NCBI GenBank assembly: GCA_000165425.1
Contig: CT867997.1
Span: 372,001-436,000, forward strand
Length of the DNA: 64,000 bases
Source of the DNA: Paramecium tetraurelia
Taxonomy: Eukaryota
Reading direction: 5' to 3'
Under the pieces are notes generated by a model. The model searched no databases. It was not told the origin of the DNA and saw nothing but the letters and a program-made list of their open reading frames with translations. Each line of letters starts with the position of its first letter. Position 1 is the first letter of the stretch. Of the stretch, positions 56,738 through 64,000 are shown piece after piece. A program made the translations under genes and the position numbers.

Positions 56738-57570
56738 TCATTTTTTATTAGAATCATGAATTCTAAATTTGCCTGATAATTTAATATAATTTTACTCACT
56801 AGTTTTCATTTCTAATATTCTACTGATTTTTTCATTAAAATTCTTATATTTGGAATTCTATATATCATTTAATTTAGTTGTTTCTATTAGTCCTGGAACC
56901 TATACCTTATTTAAATATTTTCTTTCGTTTCTGGTACTCTAAAATGTTATAAGATTGTGTTGTTAAATAACACTTAAATTTTGTTATTGTTTAATAAATA
57001 AAACATCGCATCCAGTTTTTATTTCTATCTGAATTAAGCTAAATTGACATATCATTAATAGATATATGCCTCATGTGCATTAAATTTGTTTTATATTAAT
57101 TATCATAAGTCAAACTCTAACTTTTATACATTTCACACATAACATACCCAAAATAATAAAAGAATTTATAAAATTTGCAAATATATTATGCAAAATCCTA
57201 TCTCTATGTTATTGTATGAAAGTTCATTGCAATTTGCATGAATTCTGAGATATTAAGATCAAACCTTAGCAACTTTTACTGCCAAATATTATATTTAATA
57301 TGTCATTTGATTTTTCTCAATCTTTGAATAGGAGTTCACTTTCCTTTGAAATATTCCATTCTGAATTTACAACATAACTGAAATTGATATATTATGAATA
57401 TATAAATGACTCTTTCTCTTAGTTCCATTATTATTCACCTCTATTAAGGAGTTAAAATACAATAACTGCTATAATTTTGGAATAAGTAATCTAGAGGGTA
57501 TCAATATAGGTGTTCTATTGTTCTTCAACAAATTACTTAGATTTATATTCGACAGAATGTTTACTCTATA
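56738..57570 (-). other. Possible hypothetical or degenerate CDS
   Basis: Coding-like code-6 stretches, but I could not establish a clean start or frame. Confidence 0.25.
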
Positions 57571-57613
57571 TTTATACCTTATTCCTAAGGATTATAATTT
57601 TTTTTAATTAAAT

Positions 57614-59567
57614 ATGTAAGAATCAGTATCGGCTTATATGAAAACAGAACCAGATTCACTTAGAGAGCATCCTCCAAGCAAGTTTAAGCAAAACATGATC
57701 CAAAACAATCAAAGAATTCTTAATGGTAAGAAAGTTACTTACTTGAACATTAAAAAGTAAAATCCATCAAATCAGAAGGATGCTTGGAAGCAGATGTTTG
57801 GCAATTTCCTACATGATATTAATTTGAAACAAAAAAAGAAACATTTCTCCCCTGAGGCAAAACAAGTACATATATTTAATATTGTGTATAGCATCTTTAG
57901 GATCCATTAGTAAATGAAATTCCTATTCTACTCCCTTGTACTAATAAGCAATTCAAGCTGGAGTTCTATAAATATCTTGAAGGGGAACAATCAATTCAAT
58001 AATTAATGAAGGCCATCAACTTTCCTCACGTTCATGCTGTACGTCTATTTGATATATTCTAAAATAGAAATAAGTTGAGGATTCAAAAAGTCTTCAGAGA
58101 AAACTGTCGATTGTGCAGAAGATCAAAAAGTTTAAGAATCATGGATCAACTAAAACTACTACTGACTAAACTCCTTTATTAGATATCAATAGTTCAACCA
58201 GATAACTCAAAGCACATCAAATACGTATGGTTGATTAAAGGAGATTTACTGAAGCTGGAAAATTATTGGACATTTTTAAAACCAAAATAAACAAAAAGAT
58301 TCAGGTTTTAAGAGACTTCGTTTAATAAAGAGTACTTGTAAATTGTAATTTTATAGATCGATTTGAGGAAATCCTTAAATAAAGAGCAAAGAGAGGAAGA
58401 AATTAGAAATATTCATTTTATCAAGACATTTTTTGACATCACTAACGATTATAATTAACATATACAGTAACAGCAAGATGAACTTAAAGATGATGCTTAA
58501 TATTATAAAAAATTAGTACCATGTCAACGTAAACTAAAATAATTATTGGTGAATTATGACAATGTGTAACCAATCATCAAACATCAGGAAAAGCATTTTG
58601 ATAAATTTGATTACCCTTCTTTGGGAATGTTGAAGAATCAAATGAACTAATATTCCAAAGATTACTTAATGGAATTAGAATAACAAAAATAAATTTAATT
58701 TAAGTTAGCTTTAAATCAAGTCAGAAAACTTTTGGAATAACAGAATATTAAATTTTAATCTGAATTAAGAAAATCCAAAATAAAAAGCAATTAAAATTCA
58801 AAATCCTAGTCTCCACTCTTAATTAAGTAACAATAAGATCAAATATTCTAAACTAATTCAAAGATGTCAGCTGATTGTGCATTAGATGTTGTAGTAGCCA
58901 GTCCCAAGCATCACCGTAATTAATATCAATCAGTATGTTAACTGAAGGATTCCATATCTGATCCGAGAAAAAGAAAGTAATATGTAATTACTAAGAAACC
59001 TTTTTATCTGTTTACCTAGTAGGTAGAGGGTAATAAAAACTCGAAAAACTCAAAGGGGTTAATCACAAACTTTGATGTTAAGTTATACGATTATATTCAC
59101 AATAGAAATATCTATACTTTGAATAAGCAGTACTATTGCTATTTATTTTAGGGTTAAAGAGATGACTTAGAAATTCCATACCATGGTTGAAAGCGAACAT
59201 GAATAGCAGTTAAACGAATAATTAGATACACATTTAAATCAATTAAAAAATCGAAAATTGAAATTTCGTTAACACGGATCTTTGGAGGCATAGAAAAGGG
59301 TGTAAACTGAAAGATAGGCTGATGAGATTTCAGATGATTAATCACTTTAATCTATATATGAAGTAAACCTTGATGTTTTATATGATCAATCAAACCAATT
59401 GACTAAAAAATTAAGAGAAAAAAATGATGCTGGGTTTGCCAAAAGAATAAAATAACTTATTAGATTGGAAGAAGTGAATTCGTAAGCATCAATCATTTAT
59501 TTCTAGGTAATGCCTGAAAACAAATTTGTAGAAGCTGAATAAATCTTAGAATTCTCTAAATAGTTGA
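57614..59567 (+). CDS. Hypothetical protein
   Basis: Starts MQESVSAYMKTEPDSL, with multiple tiny introns and TGA at 59565. Confidence 0.65.
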
Positions 59568-59644
59568 TTATAGGGTTTTGTGTTCTCTATTTATTATAAA
59601 ATTAGTTAGTTGCATAATAAATTTTAAATTATATCAAATCAAAA

Positions 59645-60281
59645 ATGACACACAGGGATATGGATGCTCCTCCTTTGAATGAGGATGAATTAAACGAAAT
59701 TTACAATTGGGTTGATACTATACCTTTATCGAGACCTAAAAGACACATCGGAAGAGATTTTGCAGATGGAGTCTTGATGGCTGAAATAGTTTAACATTAC
59801 ATACCCAGAATAGTGGATATCCATAATTATAGTTTGGCTCATTCTGTTTAACAAAAATAATACAATTGGAATACTTTGAATACAAAAGTAATTGTAACAA
59901 TCAAATAATAGGTCTTTAGGAAGATGGGCTTCTAAATTACTTAAAAAGATATCGATGCAGTTATTGCAGTTGTACCTGAAGCAGTCGAAAGAATTCTCAA
60001 GGTTGTTTAAGTCAAAATATCAATGTTTTTGGACAACAAGGAACAAAATTAGATTCATCAATAGGAGAAAACCATTGAAGTTTAGCAAAATTAAAATAAG
60101 GTTAATAACAAATAGGCACCCAATAACAAATAAAATGAGAAAGATTTGATTATTCTAGGATTAGAAGGAAACAATTGAGATTCTAGAACTTAAAATATAA
60201 AAATTAGAATAACTTGTAAAATTAAAGGATAGTAAAATATAATAGTTAATGTAAAAACTCTAATAAGCAGGAATAAAATGA
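59645..60281 (+). CDS. SPEF1: SPEF1/CLAMP-like CH-domain ciliary protein
   Basis: IYNWVDTIPLSRPKRHIGRDFADGVLMAEIVQHYIPRIVDIHNY..KQYNWNTLNTKV, and C-terminal TIEILELKIQKLEQLVKLKDSKI. Confidence 0.93.
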
Positions 60282-60300
60282 TATAGTTACTATATATATA

Positions 60301-60984
60301 TCATTCGCATAAATTTTAGAAATAGTGCTGCTCAATATTATTTTAACTAGAGTCACTTTTCCCATCGCAATATTCGTTACTTATTTGATGTTGATTTCTT
60401 TTCATATTTTCTTTAATTTCTTCTTCGTCAGAAGAGAATGCTTATTATTAACCTTTCATTTTCTAAAAGATTGACATTTTTTATTATTTTAGAGGTACTT
60501 ATTTCTCTTAGATTTTAGTGATCAATGGGGAACTTTAAGGAGTTGAATTTGGAGTTCTTCTTTATTTGATTGAATTCATTTCTATACTCATTTATCGAAT
60601 ACAAAGTTGGGTGTCTTCCTTATTGTCACTTTCTTCATTATTATTTGGTATGGTATCAAACGTCATTGTGCTGGATTTATTGAATCTTCTTTTAGGTTTT
60701 TTATAAAACTTCTCTTGCTTTTCTAAAGGGTCTGTTTTCATTTGTATCCCCAATTATTTTAAGTATACTACTATTACTTACTCTTTCTTTATCCACTCGT
60801 TTTCAGGGTGTTGATTGCTTAGTATTACTAATTCGAAAGACTCATCAGATTATTAATCCCAGGTATATAAATTTTGTGAATCTCCAAAATTTAATTGTTG
60901 TGATGAGTCATTCTTATTTGTGAAATTCGTGCATTCTTAAGTATTTTATGTAGTTTCTGATTATTAAAATTCACCTTATTTCAT
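60301..60984 (-). CDS. Hypothetical protein
   Basis: Code-6 ORF starting MKQGEFQQSETTQ, one intron, TGA at 60301. Confidence 0.6.
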
Positions 60985-61709
60985 ACACTGTTAGATAAAA
61001 AATGATTATTGACTTTATAATTTTAATTATTAATATCATATATTATCCTAATTAATTTTTATTTAGATTTATAGAATAATCACAGCATAATTGAAGATTA
61101 GATTAATTATTAAAATGTTAAAATAATAGTTGAATATTAAAAATGAACATAAACAGAGATGAGTAACAATGTAATTTAACGTAATAATTTATGTAAATAT
61201 GTATAATTTAGTCCTAAAATATAACGATATTTTTTTTTCACGAGTAAGCAAATTTTGCAATCATCTAGTACTTACCTTAATATCAGGAGAGTTAAAGCAC
61301 AACATAATTATTTAAACATGAATTCATAGACCTAAAAGTTATCAATTGATAGTTATTATTTTAAGTAACTTTAATATTTGAGATTTCTTATGCAACCTTT
61401 TATTCCGATGTTTTTCTATATAATTCAGGCCTCGTTCTTCTCTCTATACTCTTGTATCAAATATGATGAATATTTATTTGGCATAGATTGACAATTAATT
61501 TCACTACAGGTAATTTGCTTTGTAGAGTCTTGTCTGATATGATTCCGTCTACAATTATATAATCTAATAAAAATAATATTAAATTTAATATCATCTCAAT
61601 AGCCTATAAATATATTTACATTTTGTTTTAAATAAATATAAATGTTTACATATATATTTCATTAAATAATCTTTATAAATTTGTAAAAATTTACAAGAAA
61701 AAAATATAC

Positions 61710-63142
61710 TCAATTTTGAGCTTATTCTTGATTCAAATTGATAGAAGATTAATTAATCGAGGGATTTATATTTCTTGAAAAAATTATAGATTTTGTCTGC
61801 TCCAGCTTAATTTTTTCAAAATCGACTACTTATCTACAATTAGGACAAGAATAGGATTAATTGTTATTGAACCAATTCAATAAGCATTATGCATGATATG
61901 TATGAAAGCAAGGAGTTTATATCATGTTATTATTTTAATCTTAACAAATCGAGCATTAATTATTTCCTTTCTAAGCTTACTACAAGCATTGTTGTAATAT
62001 TTCTAATGTTAGATAAGGTTAAGATTCTGATAAGATTTATGGTATCACTGAGATAATTCTGTGCCTTTTAGCCCTACATTTTTAAATGGCACATCCAACA
62101 ATTAGAGTAAGGAATGCACAAGCCAAAGAAATTAAGATAGTAATTAGAATTTAGATTGCGTCATTATAACTATTATCTGAAGGCTTTTCGGAGATCTCAA
62201 ATTACAATAATGATTCCTAATTAGTAGTTATTTTGAGAAGTAGACGATTGAATCTAGATCATTAATATAAGTACCTCTATAAATTTGCATTATAAGTTAA
62301 GTTTGAGATGTCAATTATCCTACTTATTTTCATCGCTTCTTTGGATAAAGTACAGGTTTCATTAATTTAAATAGGAACACCATATATAAAATTTTCGAAC
62401 ATGTAAGATAATGACACTTTCACATTATCTTGATAAAAATTCCCTTAGAATCCAAAGCTGAACTAAATTTTTTCTAATTTTGTTTCTTATTAAAAATAAA
62501 AGTAGGATGATCCTTGTAATGTAAAATTATCAAGGGGTTAATCCAAATTTAAAGCAATTGCATCTATGGAGCAATCTAAGTCTATTTTATTAAAATTGCA
62601 TTAACATATCCCATTAATACAAGTTCCAAAAGGTGAAGAACAATTTTTAGGGCAAGGTTACTCAACTAGTTTTCTTATTTTAAGGATATATTAATAAATG
62701 CGTCGATCATTTCTTATTAAATTTGTTATGTATAAAGTGTCATTTAATTTGAAATGGTGGGCAGGAATTACAATAGAATGATAATTTTTATGCAAATAGT
62801 AAGCATTATAGTCAGCATAGTCAGCCATGATAGTAGAATTTTATAAGCTTGTCAATTTATTATTTCCTGCAGTTGTAATGAAATTGACATCTCCATTCTT
62901 CGGATATTAAAAATTAATTCTAGGTTATTTGTATTAGCTTACTCTAAAAATATATATTTGGCAATATCTTCTTCACTTACTGTCAGATAGAAAGTTGCGT
63001 TGCTAATTTTTTATGTGATAAGATATTCTTCTCTTACTAATTCTAACAAATTTCCATCTTCACTGAAATTCACATCTACATCTATGTCAATTACTATATT
63101 CCCAGAGTAGGAACAAATAAATAAAACAAAAAATTTGAACAT
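61710..63142 (-). CDS. Signal peptide, EGF-like, TM and RING-H2 E3 ligase
   Basis: Starts MFKFFVLFICSY. EGF-like CPKNCSSPFGTCINGICQC..DLDCS, TM ILITILISLACAFLTLI and RING CSIC..TPCFHTYHAQCLLNWF..SCPNCR. Confidence 0.85.
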
Positions 63143-63386
63143 AAAGTTATTTGTTATTATAATTTTTATATATATGATGCAATTTCATTTTTTAATTTAT
63201 GCTAAGTCCAAACCTTCGATCCTCAATAATAGAATGGATTAAGAGTATTTTGATGAATGTTTTCACTTCTAGCGTCAATTAATAAAATAGATGTCAAAAA
63301 TCAAAATTTTATTATTATTTATAAAATACTTGAGATTTATTTTATTATTAATTTTGCGCGACGTTAATTATTTTAACGAATAAATT

Positions 63387-64000
63387 ATGGAAATTAAATA
63401 CAACAGATCACTAAGTGGAATACCAGAAAATCAATTATAGTAACCATTCAGAAAAGTAACTAAAACTTAAATTGAAAACAAAGATCCAGTCAGAAGGAAT
63501 TTGACTCAATTGTATAATGAAGGTAAAAATTAAACATTATTGCAATCAAGACACATAATAAATTAATAAATCAATGCTCAACAGTAATTATGATTTGAGG
63601 AAGAAGGCATTCAATTAAGAGAGAGTAAAACGATCTCTCAATCAGGATGTCTTGGATGATAAGGAAAACATGCCTCAACATAAAGGACTTATGACTAAGC
63701 TCTATACTCTCCCCCAAGAATTATCAACAATTACAATTAAGCATAAATTCGATCATACCATTGAGGAGAATAAGAATCTTCAAAAATAGTATACAGATGA
63801 AATATTTTTCTATTTAAAAGAACAAGAAGTATTTATGATTGCAATTTCATTAGAGAAAATCGACACCCTTAGAATGGTTAAAGAATCACTCTATTCCAAG
63901 TAATTTGAGAGCTAAAATGATTGATTGGATGGTTGAAGTTCTATGTTCATATAAATGCACAGATTAAACATTCTTTGTGGCAGTAAGAACTTTGGACTAT
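63387..64000 (+). CDS. A/B-type cyclin (truncated by the window end)
   Basis: Cyclin-box start YTDEIFFYLKEQE..LRAKMIDWMVEVL..QTFFVAVRTLDY. Confidence 0.9.

Noticed and set aside
59510..59647. Apparent in-frame fusion of the upstream gene to SPEF1
   Set aside because: After the 59482-59506 intron the upstream gene is in another frame and stops at TGA 59565-59567.

Overview
This is AT-rich, very gene-dense ciliate macronuclear-type DNA, most consistent with Paramecium (aurelia-like). TAA/TAG read as Gln, TGA is the only stop, and genes carry many 20-28 nt GT..AG introns. The supplied standard-code ORF track is therefore mostly fragments or spurious antisense ORFs, so I re-translated by eye with genetic code 6 and all boundaries are hand-derived. 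About 36 protein genes can be modelled, including EMC3, mitochondrial L17, SAS-4/CPAP, RabGGTase alpha, BUD23, a CDPK, a TALE homeobox, an R2R3 Myb, a CCX exchanger, a TGH-type MAPK, a tandem CCCH protein, LeuRS, SPEF1, an EGF-TM-RING-H2 ligase and a cyclin. The most notable features are: (1) an intronless, catalytically degenerate domesticated piggyBac transposase (PiggyMac-like, 578 aa) at 51390-53126; (2) an HP1-like protein with a degenerate chromodomain and a chromo-shadow domain; (3) a SAS-4 with about 17 copies of an FD[DE]xPIK motif; (4) an in-frame presequence-like extension upstream of the cytosolic-type LeuRS; (5) extreme compaction, including a 25-bp head-to-head spacer and a probable tail-to-tail CDS overlap. 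I recognised no rRNA, tRNA or CRISPR.
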